Below are positions 38,085 through 49,923 of a stretch of 64,000 bases of DNA, piece after piece; within the stretch, counting starts at the first letter, position 1; the number at the start of each line of letters is the position of its first letter. The stretch is taken from NCBI GenBank assembly GCA_028023455.1, contig JAQFVV010000006.1, positions 16,492,001-16,556,000 on the forward strand, written 5' to 3'. The DNA is from Epiperipatus broadwayi. Taxonomy: Eukaryota > Animalia > Onychophora. Position numbers and translations under genes: made by a program. The notes beneath the pieces are model-generated. The model was not told where the DNA came from and did no database searches. It saw nothing but the letters and a program-made list of their open reading frames with translations.

Positions 38085-38700
38085 ATCATCATCATCATCA
38101 TCAACCATTATCAATCCACTGCAGGATGAAGGTCTCTCCAAGTTCAATCCATCTTTTCCTATCTTTAGCTTCTCTTCTCCACATCACCCCTGCACACTTT
38201 CTTATTTCATCCATCCATCTCACATGTGATCTCTTTCTGGGTCTTTTACAATCTCTTGGAATCCAGTTTAAAATTTCAATTGTCCATCTATTATCATCTT
38301 AGCCCAACTCCATTTCAGTCTTTTAATTTTTTCAATGAGATCAGTAACACCTGTTTGTTCTCTTACCCATACATTGCATTTTCGATCTCTTCTTGTTACT
38401 CCCAACAAGCATCTCTCCATACTTCTTTGAGTGGTCTGAAGTCTCTGTATTGCTCTTCTATTAAGTGCCCAAGTCCCAGACCCATAAGTAAGAATTGGAA
38501 AAACACATTTATTAAAAACCTTCCTTTTCAAACATTATAGGCATATTTCCTTTTAGAATCAAGTTGTTTCTACAAAAGCACTCCAATCAAGTTTAATTCT
38601 ATGATTAATTTCATCCATTATGTTTCCACCTGTATTAATAATCTGACCAAGGTATTTGTAACTGTTAACTTCTTCTAACTCATCATAATCAATCTTTATT
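38085..38700 (-). mobile_element. RTE-clade LINE 3' end (5'-truncated) with (TGA)n tail
   Basis: ORF 38268-38531 KVFNKCVFPILTYGSGTWALN...QRSMERCLLGVTRRDR...NVWVREQTGVTD...KWSWA is the RTE RT C-terminal signature; (atc)n at 38085-38102. Confidence 0.9.
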
Positions 38701-38857
38701 TTCATATTTTGAGAAAATCTATTAATCATTACTTTGTTTAAATCCCATTTTTAAACTACCATCTTTAAAACAAAATAAAAATCTCAGGCATTTAGTATCC
38801 AGTATTACATACTATTGTTGGGATAATTTGAGATCCCTAACTGATTGACATCTAAAT

Positions 38858-39030
38858 GGGATGATTCTAAGAGATTGTAAAAGATATAGAAAGTGATCAC
38901 ATGTGAGATGTATGTATGAAATAAGAAAGTGGGCTGGAGTGTTATGGAGAGGAGAGGCTAGAAATCAGAGAGGATGGATTGAACTTGGAGAGACCTTTAT
39001 CCTGCTGTGGATTGATAATGAACTGATATG
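38858..39030 (+). mobile_element. second copy of the same RTE 3' end, inverted relative to 38085-38270
   Basis: gattctaagagattgtaaaaga...gatcacatgtgagatg...gatggattgaacttggagagacc...gtggattgataatg matches the reverse complement of about 38103-38262. Confidence 0.85.
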
Positions 39031-39099
39031 AAATGACATCAATTTGGGAAAAAAAAGTGTTTGGTTTTTTTGCTTTTTAATTGACATATAAAGTTATAT

Positions 39100-41090
39100 A
39101 ATTACCCAATTGAAAACAAAATATGATTATCGAATTCGATTTTGCAGCCCAGGTTAGTTTCTTGCTTTGGATGCTTTTATTAAATAGCAATTTTAATTAC
39201 TGTAACGATAAACTGTTTTGCAAAAATAGTGATATCGTTTTAATACTATCTACCCACTGGAATACTATAATTAGGTTTAAATATTTAAATACAGTATGAT
39301 TAATTAACGAATGCTTATGACGTGTTATATATAGATTTCAAGTAAGCTTAGGGCATCTAATTCTGCTAATCAGTAAATGAACATCTATTTATTAGTTGTA
39401 AGACGAAGAAGAAGAAAAAAAAATCCTCGCTATCTGATATTGGGTTAGCTTTATCTATTTTATCTTCTGTGATTGAGAGTATGATTAATATACATGAATG
39501 CTTACAATTCGGTTAATGAGTTAGGTTAAAACCGAGTTTCTCTTCTCATTTATTATTAATTTAGTAACGCTGTCAATTACAAGTGGTTTGGCAACTAGAC
39601 TTAAACGTCTTTTATGCAAATAGGACTTGTAATACGAATTTTGGTTAATTGTTAATATATATTAAATTGTAAATGTATGTTTAGAATACTTTATTTTTTA
39701 TTTTTATAGCATATATTTTAGCGTTTTAATATTGAAAATATCTCTATTTCCATTTAAAGTATTTCATTTATTTTAAGGTATTTTAAATTATTTTCGTACA
39801 TTGATCCCTTTATTTCAAAATATTTTGAATTATTTTTGAAAGTATTTTATTTTAAGGCATTTTGAATTGCTTTCATACACACTGTGCCTTTTATTTTAAG
39901 ACATGTTAAAATTACTTTCGTACCCAGTGTCTCTCTTTTTTTTAAGACATTTTAGATTACTTTCACACACGGTGTCCCTTTTATTTTTAGGCATTTTAAA
40001 TTATTTTCTTATTCAGTGTCCCTTTTATTTTAAAGCTTTTAAAATTACTTTCATATATAGTGCCCCTTTTATTTTAAGGAACTTTAAATTACTTTTATAC
40101 ACAATGTCGCTTTTATTTCAAGACATTTTAAATTAGAAGTCGATCGCATTAGGCATGTTGACATTCTGTTTGATATAAACAATACAGATGTGTGTTGTCA
40201 GTGGCAACTTTACACATTTATAACCATCTCAGGTTTAAGTGACGGAGTGTGAAGGAGATAGTTTGTCATGTGGTGGAATATTACATATTTATATACACAC
40301 ACTTGTAATGAAATTAATTTCTCTGTAGTGGAAGATCTAACTATTAATATTAAGTGAAAATGATTCGTAAACTTATTTGTTATTATATTTTAATTCAATG
40401 AATGCCTTCATTTTTCCGTCTGATAATTTCTAATAGTGATCCCAATATACGACTCCCCCTCTTCCCGCTGTATTTTTATTTCATCTAAAGGGGAGCCATT
40501 CTTCGTTTGCATCATCTCGCCGATGTTGAAAAACTAAATACTTTAAAAATAGTACTCATTATTCAACAAGTGTCACGAAGTAGAGATAAACTATAAGAGT
40601 ATTGTAGTAAAAATGACCTGCTTAGGGGAGGGGGGAGTAAGTTGTAAGTATGACTTGCAGTCAAAACAAACTTCTAATTCTGTCAAAATATAATCGAAGT
40701 AATAATTGCCACACCAGCGTGTATTTTTTAAAAATAATTATTTCTTGACGAATTAAAGTGTAGTTATCTAGTTGTTAGAAAATTTGAATTGAATTTTGCG
40801 AATAATAATATTGCGTCAATTATAATAGCCCTATCTTAAAAAAAATAATTGGAGAAAGAGATTGTATTATTGGCAACGCACGCACATACTCCAAAATTTC
40901 ATGAATTGTTCAAATTTATAACTAACGTTTCCACATTCGTGTGCTTATTCGTTCTATTCTTAATAATAATAAAAAAAAACTTGTTAAAAAAAGGGTCGAA
41001 TGGTTTGACATTCAGATGGGATGATGTTCACACATCTAAGTGACTAAGTTGTGAGCTGCCGTCTAGGGATTCCACCTCTCTACCTGCACT
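39100..41090. promoter_or_regulatory. AT-rich but CpG-retaining region (candidate unmethylated promoter)
   Basis: Dense CpGs by eye (cgaattcga, gacgaag, cgatcgc, ctcgccga, acgcacgc, gtcgaa) against a depleted background. Confidence 0.4.
39765..40135. repeat. minisatellite, ~43-44-bp unit, about 8 copies
   Basis: Consensus approximately TTTTATTTTAAGGCATTTTAAATTACTTTCATACACAGTGTCCC. Confidence 0.9.
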
Positions 41091-41127
41091 AAGCCATGCA
41101 GGGGACAGTTTTGTTAATCTAATAGAG

Positions 41128-41850
41128 CAGTGGTCTTCAACCTTTTCACACCTAAGGACCGGCAAAAATAAGGATAAGGTTTCGCGGACTGACAGAAATC
41201 TATAGATAAATTTTCTTAAAGATGTAAACTGCTTAGCCTTAGATGAGCATATTGTTATAATTGACCAAAACAACACACTAGTTACTGAGTATAGTAATGG
41301 TGTTTCTTACCTTCACATGTTGAACACTTTCTCGAGTTGTGAAGTCATAGTATTACAGAAAACAGCACAATAACAATAGTTCTTATTAATGTGCTTGCAT
41401 TGCTACATTTATTATTTCATTGTTAAAACATGCATGTTGGGAAATATCACAGCTAGTGTAATTACATGACAATGATTATGATAAATGTAATATCTGTATT
41501 TAATGTTCAATATACAAGATGAAGTTATATATATATGGAGTTTGTATAATAAAAAACATTTTTTTTAAAATTTTGAATTTTTTTAGAAAAATAATAAAAA
41601 ATTAACCCCCCCCCCCCCCATAAACATCTGTAATAACTAGAAAAACAAATTAATTTATGTATGATTGATTAGATTTTGTTTTCATTCTGTTTCTTTTTTT
41701 TTAATTGGATAAAAATGAGATGAAAAAATAAATAAAAATTGTTTATATTAATTAAAAGTTTAAACTCTTATTATTTTGTTATTGCAAACTTTCCTGCCAG
41801 TCTACCGTGGAACAGCAAAAAATTTCTGTGGCCTGGGTTGAAGACCACTG
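41128..41850. mobile_element. hAT MITE (Charlie/Buster-like)
   Basis: TIRs cagtggtcttcaacc / ggttgaagaccactg; perfect 8-bp TSD taatagag on both sides. Confidence 0.92.
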
Positions 41851-42734
41851 TAATAGAGAATCATGTCTTCTGCAGTTTTCGCAATATTGAAGTGAAGGAT
41901 TTGGAAGCTAAATATTCCTGGGTTAATTAAAGCTCAATCTATCATTTGTATGCTCGAATATCACATGATCTCATGAACAAATAAACATTTGATTTATTTA
42001 TTTTATCGGAATTGTTGCATTTTGATTTTCAAGTGTCAAACTTATTCCACTCAGAATTTTGACAGTACCCACTAGCACACATATAAACTTTAAACCTCAT
42101 TTAAAGTTTAACATGTCTGATTTTTTAAAATTAAGCACACGCACAGAGTTATTCACATTTCTTTTTTTTCCATATGTATTATCTTTTATAAATGTATTAA
42201 CCATCACACCACCAGACATTTTCAAAATTTTATGAGTTAATGGTCATTTGTCTTTTATTGTATCTTTATTCATATGATTTGAAAAGAATGTGTGCTGGTG
42301 TGGAGATTAGTACTTTTACTTTATTTAACTGGAATTCTTATGCTTAACCTGCAATTAGGTCATTTGAATGTCACATAAGCTCCTAAGCAAGTAAATATAT
42401 GATTATTATTATTATCAATAGCTTGCATTACATTAACATTGAGTTGTTACAATGCTTTTCTCTATTGAATCTATGGACAGATCAAAAAATTACATCACAA
42501 ACAATCTTTATATAATGAATGAAATACACTATTGATAGACACATTTATGTGAATAACCCATTTTTCATCTACATCTAAGCTCTTGAAATAGACTATAAAG
42601 TAGATATTGATAACTAACACAATGAATTTTAAAATCAAAATACTATCAAAATTTCTCTTAATCAGCATATTTTAAACTTTTATAAAGCAGAAATAACCTC
42701 TATACTTTTTAATATTATAATCAAATTACTGTAA

Positions 42735-44780
42735 TCGTCATCATTATCAATCTGTTCTAATGTCTCAGTTTCTGTGATACCTAACTTATTTTATGTACAA
42801 CATATCAACAAATCACCCATTTCATATGTGTTCTTGCTGAGCTTTTTTATAATCTCTTGGAATTCAGTGTAGTACTTCAGCTATGTATTTATGCACAATT
42901 TCTTCTAGAACTATGTTCCACTCAGATGTATTTTCAGTTTTTTTAAAATTCAATCATTGATTCCAGGAATACCTATTTATTCTCTCACCTATATATTTTG
43001 CTTTGAATCTTTTCTTATACTACTGATATTCATTTCTCCATCTTCAGTGATTGGTCCGAAGTCTGTATTGCTGTTCTTTTGTTAAGTGTCCAAGTCTCAC
43101 ATCTATAAGTTAGAGCTGGTAAAAACCTATCTATTAAAAATCTGTTCAAGCACATAGTCATATTGTCTTTTAATATTAACTTATTTCTACTGATAACATT
43201 TACATACAAGTTTAATTCTCTGATTAATTCACCCATTACACTTCCATCTGCATTAATAATCTGACCAATGTATTTCTTAATTTTTTAAAATTCATGCTTA
43301 TCAATCTTTTTTTGTCTTCTTCTTTTGAGATTATCCATCACTGAACATTATTCTTTTTAGCATTTATCTTTAATCATTTTTTATTTTTATCTGCTTTAGC
43401 AACATACTGTTTCACCTTTTTTTAAATCCAAACTCCTTATAGTAAACTAATCTGAGGATTTTGGATAAGACAGCCCAAGTAGGGTTTTATTAAGCACTAC
43501 CATCTACATCTATTATTTCTTATTAAAGTTTACAATAATTGGCATAGAGAAAGTAAAAAAAAAAAAGGCAGATAAAATAGCAGTCTGCAAGGTGAAGTCA
43601 TATGATAGATCATGTGATCATTTACTTTCATCTGATAACTCTTGCAACATTTCCTGAAGCTCTAAAGCATTATTTGCAAAAACAATCACGTCATCTGCGA
43701 AATCTTTATGATTCAAATAATCTTCATTTATTTTTACTCCCTTAGTTTTCTATTTTAATTCACAAAATATTTCTTATAACTGCTGCAAAAAGTTTTGGAA
43801 ATAAGGATACACCCTATTCAATGTTAATCTTTTTGTATCACTTTATAATCTAATTATTGCTGCTGCATTTTTATAAGTATTCTTCGGAATATGACAGTAT
43901 CCTAGGTCTGCATATTGATGAAGCAATGCTTTAATCACTGAAGAAGTGTTTGTAGGATCAGATGCCTTTTCATAATTTACAAACCAAAAACAAAATGCTA
44001 ACTCATAATTTCTCAATATTTGGATGTGATTCACTCTGCCAAAAACACTTTTAAATGCAGGTACAAAATTTTAATTGGGTAAAATCCAAAGTTTACTGTG
44101 AATGAGCTAGAAACATAACATCTTGATGAAGAGTTTATATAGAATTGATAAAAGGCTGATAAGTTATATAATTTCTAATATCTTCTTTACCACCGAACAT
44201 TTTCTTTACCATCTCAATATTACATTTTCCCAATCATTTGCTACATCTTCATCATTTAGTCATTTGATATAGAATTTTGCTAACAATTTTTTCTATTTCT
44301 TGATCAAGATATCGTTAATATATGCATAACTTTCTGGAGCTTTTTCCTTTTTCATAGATTTAATTCCTACTTCTTCATTTAAAATGCTGGGCAACTGAGA
44401 TTTTTTTATTCTTTATTATTATATAATTTTTTATAGCATTCTTCCACATTTTATGATGTCATTTTTTTATTAATAGTTCTATCTTTTCTTCTTATTGCAA
44501 AAGTAAGTTTCCTTACAATACCAATACATTGCAATTTTGAGACTTAACTTTTATAGTTTTTCTTTCCACTTCACATTTATGTTTTTTTTTTTTATATCAT
44601 TATTAAATTTTGTTTGGTACCATTTTATAAAATTACAGATATTCAGTTCTTAATGGATCACTTTAAGTTTTCTTCATATATTGTTGTCTCAATAGAAAAT
44701 ATATTGATTTGTTGCTTTTTTATACCAGCTATCATTCTTGCATTTCTTAATAGTTTATGAGTTATCTTCTTATGGATTTC
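42735..44780 (-). pseudogene. heavily degraded RTE-clade LINE ORF (RT domain)
   Basis: Minus-strand remnants SMKKxKAP (about 44290-44320), FVNYEKAxD...VIKAL...IxKNxYKNA.A.IRL (43843-44000), YLNHxxFADDVIVFA (FADD at 43690-43701), LPALTYRCETWTLNK; decayed (TGA)n tail near 42736. Confidence 0.85.
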
Positions 44781-46562
44781 ATTCATGTCCAAAAACATTT
44801 TTAAAATCGGTAAATTAATCAATTTAAAATGGGGTTCAGGTTCTAATTTAAATTCATTGGAAGTTTTCTAAGGTTAAGGCTATTAATTGTTAATAGTTTT
44901 TTTTTTTCAAAATTTTTATCTTTAGTTTTACATTAACATGTGTCTTACATCGCATTAATCGATCATTATTTTCTGCATTGAATCTATTAAAAATGTTATA
45001 AGCTTGAAATACATATTTTCTTTTAGTCAAAATGTAATGCAATAGCAGTGCATTCATTTGTATGCTGTCATGTTCATTTCTGTTTAGTTAAGAAATAATT
45101 GTTAATGTAGTTTTTCCTTTTTTTGAGAACTCTTTTAGGTCTGTGCTCTCTCTCATTTCTATCACCATAATTAAATTTACCATCTTTCAACCACTAATTT
45201 TAACATTAAAGTCTTCGTAATAATTTTAAAATGATGTTTGATGTGATGAAAGGCATTTTATACATCGCATTTTATACATCCATGTAAAAGTTCTCAATTC
45301 CTTTATCACAGTAAGAAATTGGCATAAGTTTGACTTATTTGCACTTGGTATCTTCTGTTAAGTTGAATAACTAATGTTGTCAGTCTGTTTGATGTATCAT
45401 CAACCTTTATAATGTTGTTCTTTCACTTTTTATTTATAATGAATTTCATTCCATTGTGCTTCCAATATTTGTGCCGTTAAAGTTAAGTACAACTGTCTCT
45501 TCACCTTTTCTTTTAATCTGTAAAGTCCAACAGTGACTCATTTAATATTAGACAGTTTTTTGTCCATTTCATGCAATCTTTTTTCACATGAAAATATACT
45601 GCAATTTTAAATAACCAAATAAAAAGTAATCATTAGGTGACATTCTTGACCTACAATCACGTGATTCTTAGTACTCTCCATCTTTGCCTCCGATTGATGT
45701 CTTATCCACTTTTTAAACCAATTGTCTTTTCTTCTAATTTCACAAAGTTTAATAATGTTCTATATAATATAATGTATTATATATAATTCACAAAGTATTA
45801 ACTCTTTTCATAAAACTTTATAATTCTTAAAGTACACTTTGAGTTCTGATGAAAGTATAATAAACATAAACAGTTTGAAAAACGGAATATCTAATTGCCT
45901 TATTTGCATATTGTACCTCATTTACATATTACATCACATCAGTTACAGAAGCACTCCAGTACTGCATAACTTTATCTGCAGTATGATTCTGGCCGTATTT
46001 TGTTGAAAATTCACTCACTGATTAGTTTATGTTAATTATGTCTTTTCATCACAATTTGAAGTCAACAAGTGATTAAGAATTAAATGTATTATATATTAAA
46101 TCAAAACCATTTTTGTTAGACCGTCAACCAATATTTTGAGTATCCACCTATAACACCGAAGTATCAAGGCTAATTCATTAAGATGAAAAAATGAATCCAT
46201 TTTTCATCTTTTGTTTTGATTGTACAGAATTTTTTTTTCTGCTGATGAGATAAAATTGTTCTGGGATATGGGAGTATGTATATATATATGTATGTGTGAA
46301 AATAAATGTTTACAAATTATAGAACTACTTCTAAAATCTGTTATGAGCAAATTGTTTAAATATAGTGTAATTAAAGTATAAAATGTTTTTTTTTTTTTAT
46401 AAAAACAAAAGTATTTTTATAAAAGTAAAAAAAAGTGATTTACTTGAAAAAGTTAATCAATATATGGTTGTAGATGTTTCAGTAAGTGTATTTTTGTTCT
46501 TGCAGTAAATGTCCAATAATGAACTTGAAAAGTTAAAGGAAGGAAAACATTTGTGAAACACC

Positions 46563-46593
46563 ATGAAAGGAATTTTAATTCAAAATGCATTAG
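46563..46593 (+). CDS. candidate first coding exon (MKGILIQNAL)
   Basis: Acceptor tttttgttcttgcag| at 46505, ATG at 46563, donor TTAG|gtgatg; phase-compatible with 47641. Confidence 0.25.
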
Positions 46594-47640
46594 GTGATGA
46601 TCATTTAATTTACTTTTAGCTTTATCTGACAAAATTTGTTTAGACAAACTGACTAGCAATATTGACGCTTGGGAATAAATAACCATTTACATGATTTCAA
46701 GTTGTAATATTTGGAAGTCAACATATTTATTGTTCATTTTCACTATTGAACACTATCTTTATTAAAAAGTATTGCAGCAGTAGTTTATATTATATATTGA
46801 AAAATATTTGTTTTGAAACAGTGTTTCATCATAAGCTTGGGATATTTATTGGAAGTCAGGTATAGACAATCCATGATTCACAATCCATGATTCATGAATC
46901 AGGCTCGTGCATCTTTTTATGACTTACTTTTTAGCATGCTTGATGCTTTCTATATGCCACAATTTAATTTAATTTATTGATTCGATGTTACTTATAATGA
47001 ATATAATTAATAATTGCAAGTTAACATCTGTATAGTAGATATATATAATTTTCCATTTATTTTCAGTGTTTTTTTAGTGATATAATTTATTTTGTGATTT
47101 AAGTTTAAATTATATACAGACTAAAATGAGATGCAAAGTTTTTTTTTTTATAAAGTCAAAAAGTGTCACTCCACAAAAAATTTAGTTTAAAAAATTGTTC
47201 GCAAATTCTAAAAAAATCAAACTGTTAAACTACATCCATGTACTCTTTTTTTAATATAATGAAAACGAATTATAGATTTCACTTTGGATAATCAATGCTA
47301 CCGGAAAAAAAAACAAAAACATGCATAACTGTTGTTATGAGAGATTTGAGTTATGTTTTCTTTTAATTTAATTGTCATAAATCATTATTATTCACGTAGG
47401 GATACCAAGATATGGGGGAGTACCTTTCTCCAAATACATATTCAATATGACTTGACTTAAATTTAAAAAAAAAAAAATTGATTTATATAAATTAAGTTTA
47501 GCACTGCTCTAATCGTTTTCGTGTATGATTAATTTCCTTCTATGTAATTAAAATAGGAATGTGTAAAGAAGCTTAATTATGTATTTTTTTGAACTGTGGA
47601 TAAGCAATTTTTTTAAAATTGGCTCTTATTGCTTTAATAG

Positions 47641-47801
47641 GTTTGAATATATTTGTAAATGATTTTAAATTTCATCCACGTGTGTTGTTACTTGCTATTA
47701 GTATGACCATTTTGATTGGATTCAATCTTCCATTATCTATTAGTAAAGATGATTCTGAAGGCTTTGCTAGAGATATCAGCAGAAACACAAATGTAAATAA
47801 T
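47641..47801 (+). CDS. candidate host exon encoding a hydrophobic signal/anchor segment plus polar stem
   Basis: Acceptor gctcttattgctttaatag| and donor AAT|gtatgt; open frame GLNIFVNDFKFHPRVLLLAISMTILIGFNLPLSISKDDSEGFARDISRNTNVNN. Confidence 0.35.
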
Positions 47802-48169
47802 GTATGTGGGTATAAAATATATATGAGCTTTTATAAGATAGAAATAGTGTGAATAGTATATATTGTGCTTGTGTGTTCAAGTATTCATCAGAAGTATCTA
47901 CAGGATTACTTTCTTGGAATAAAGAAAAAAGTAGAGATTAGTGAAAAAGGCTTTAAGAAATGATGTTTTCCTGAAGGTTTGTGATGATGGTGTGTTAGTT
48001 GTATTTTTATATTGGACTACTTCCATCATCTAATATGAGTATTGAATGTGTTTAGAAAAATTTAACTTTATTTAGCTATTCCAAATACATTCAGCTGTTA
48101 GTAATAGCATATCAAACAGGTTAGTATATGCATAATGTTTCTGAGGTATTATTTATTCTCTCCTCTGCT

Positions 48170-48260
48170 TCAAGTATTGCTGGCCTGATCAGTGACAGTA
48201 CTAGCATGAGATTTGAACCTGAACCCTTAGATTCTTGAGTATTGAATTTTAAGGTAACGC
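48170..48260 (-). mobile_element. degenerate tRNA-headed SINE of a second family
   Basis: Minus-strand B-box-like GGTTCAAATCTC; body gcctgatcagtgacagtactag resembles gcctgaccagtgacaatgctag near 57470. Confidence 0.35.
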
Positions 48261-49811
48261 TCTGTGAAAACTTACTTTCACTTCTAATTCAGTGATTCCA
48301 ATTTTATAATAGGATTGATTTTGCTTTATAAAATAATTTTTAATGTACTTTACCTTGTGAAAATCTCATTGAATGATTTTAAAAGTTCTGTCTAATTTTT
48401 CAAATTTCCTGATTTGAATAGAAATAGTTCCCATAATAACAATATTTAATGTAGTTTATATTTATTAAATTTTATCTTAGTTGCTTTATGTTTCCAAGAC
48501 TTGAGGCTTTTACCATATTTATGTTTTTGAGCTATTTTGACTAAATGTTAGTAATAGTTGGCAATTTGTCCATGGTAGAAAATGAAAACTGTAAAATAAT
48601 TTTATGCTGTTTGTTTTTGTTGAAGCTGCACCATATCTGGTAGATAGCTTTTGATATGTTTAACAGTGTTGTCATCATTTTGAGTGTGATTTTAAAAGTA
48701 ACATTTTATCTTTTTTTTTTTTAATAATAGGAATGTGAATATAATCTCAAAGATATAGTGGTTAGTGCATCTACAAGCTTTTGCCAATAACTTGATGGCT
48801 GATTCCAAACTGGATAGAATTTAAACATTTTTTGCAAATATCAAACAGTTCAAAGATATTTTATGTAAAATAGCTGTTCTATAATTAACCAAACTATCCA
48901 TCGATTATTGGTATGTAAATAAATAATGAAAAATGCTGGAGAAATAATAATAAACTCTCAATGGTGCAACTTGCCTTTTTTGTCACAATTTTTTTATAGT
49001 TATATATTTGAGAAAGATTAAAAACAACTTGAAAGCATAAAAAATAATTTAAAGATGATATCGTGTTCATTGAATTGAAAAAAAATATGATTGATTAATA
49101 TTAAATATGCCATGTTCTGCTTATTTAGTTTAGTGACAGAGTGGGGGAGTTGAGATAGTGATAGAGCAAAAATCCTTGGTTGATCTCTCATTGATTACTT
49201 CCTGTTCCAAAACATCATACGACTCCCAGAATGATAAACCAATTATATTTTTTAAAAGTTCTATACATTTTCTTCGTAGTAGATTATTTACAATGGCATT
49301 ATACTACTATTAATTTACTTCTACAATTCATTATCCTGAATGCTAGACTTGATTATTTATTTAGATCTATTTTATTTAATCTTCTAAGCCAGTGCTAGTA
49401 AGAGGTCTTCACTTGGCAATCTGCGAAAGAGTTCTGTTTTTAGATTTACTTAAAAATAGGTAGTAGGATGCAGATATAGTATGTGTTTTATGCTCATTTT
49501 ATATTGCACTTTTACAGTCTATATGAAATCATCTATGCCATACTGAAAATATTAATAGATAAAATGAAAACTGCTGTCTACTTTTATAAAAAGAAATAAA
49601 TATTGATATCTAATTTTATAAAAATGTATATATATTTTTTTCAAATCTACTTTTATAAAAACAATACTAATTTTTTTTTTTTTTAATTTTTTTTTTCTCA
49701 AAATGAATAAAAATTAAAATCGGTGTGTCAAATTTTATAAAAACAAAAATGGACAAAAATATGATCAGTATAAATGTCTAATTTTATAACAAAACAATAC
49801 TAGATACATTT

Positions 49812-49923
49812 TTTTTCTCTCATATGTCATAGCATCGGCCGGGACGCGAACCCAAAACCGTCTGCAACCAACTACTTGCTTGCAAGGCTTCTGCGATGAC
49901 CTCTCGGCTAACAACGCTTGACA
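49812..49923 (-). mobile_element. tRNA-Gly-derived SINE, TGC double-arm subfamily
   Basis: 16-bp TSD aatacta(g/a)atacattt; T-run tail on the + strand. Confidence 0.9.

Noticed and set aside
39765-40135. 43-44-bp array as a CRISPR array
   Set aside because: Contiguous degenerate units with no unique spacers, in a eukaryotic context, with no cas genes.
40400-40520. Minus-strand 35-aa ORF with PDZ-like IKIQREEGESYIGITI
   Set aside because: It ends in a stop without a donor site, and the resemblance is too short.
48731-48760. Assignment of the 46.5-48.8-kb exons to B3GLCT (YNLKDIV vs IDLKGIV)
   Set aside because: Only a 7-residue resemblance; no downstream exons with the expected motifs were found.
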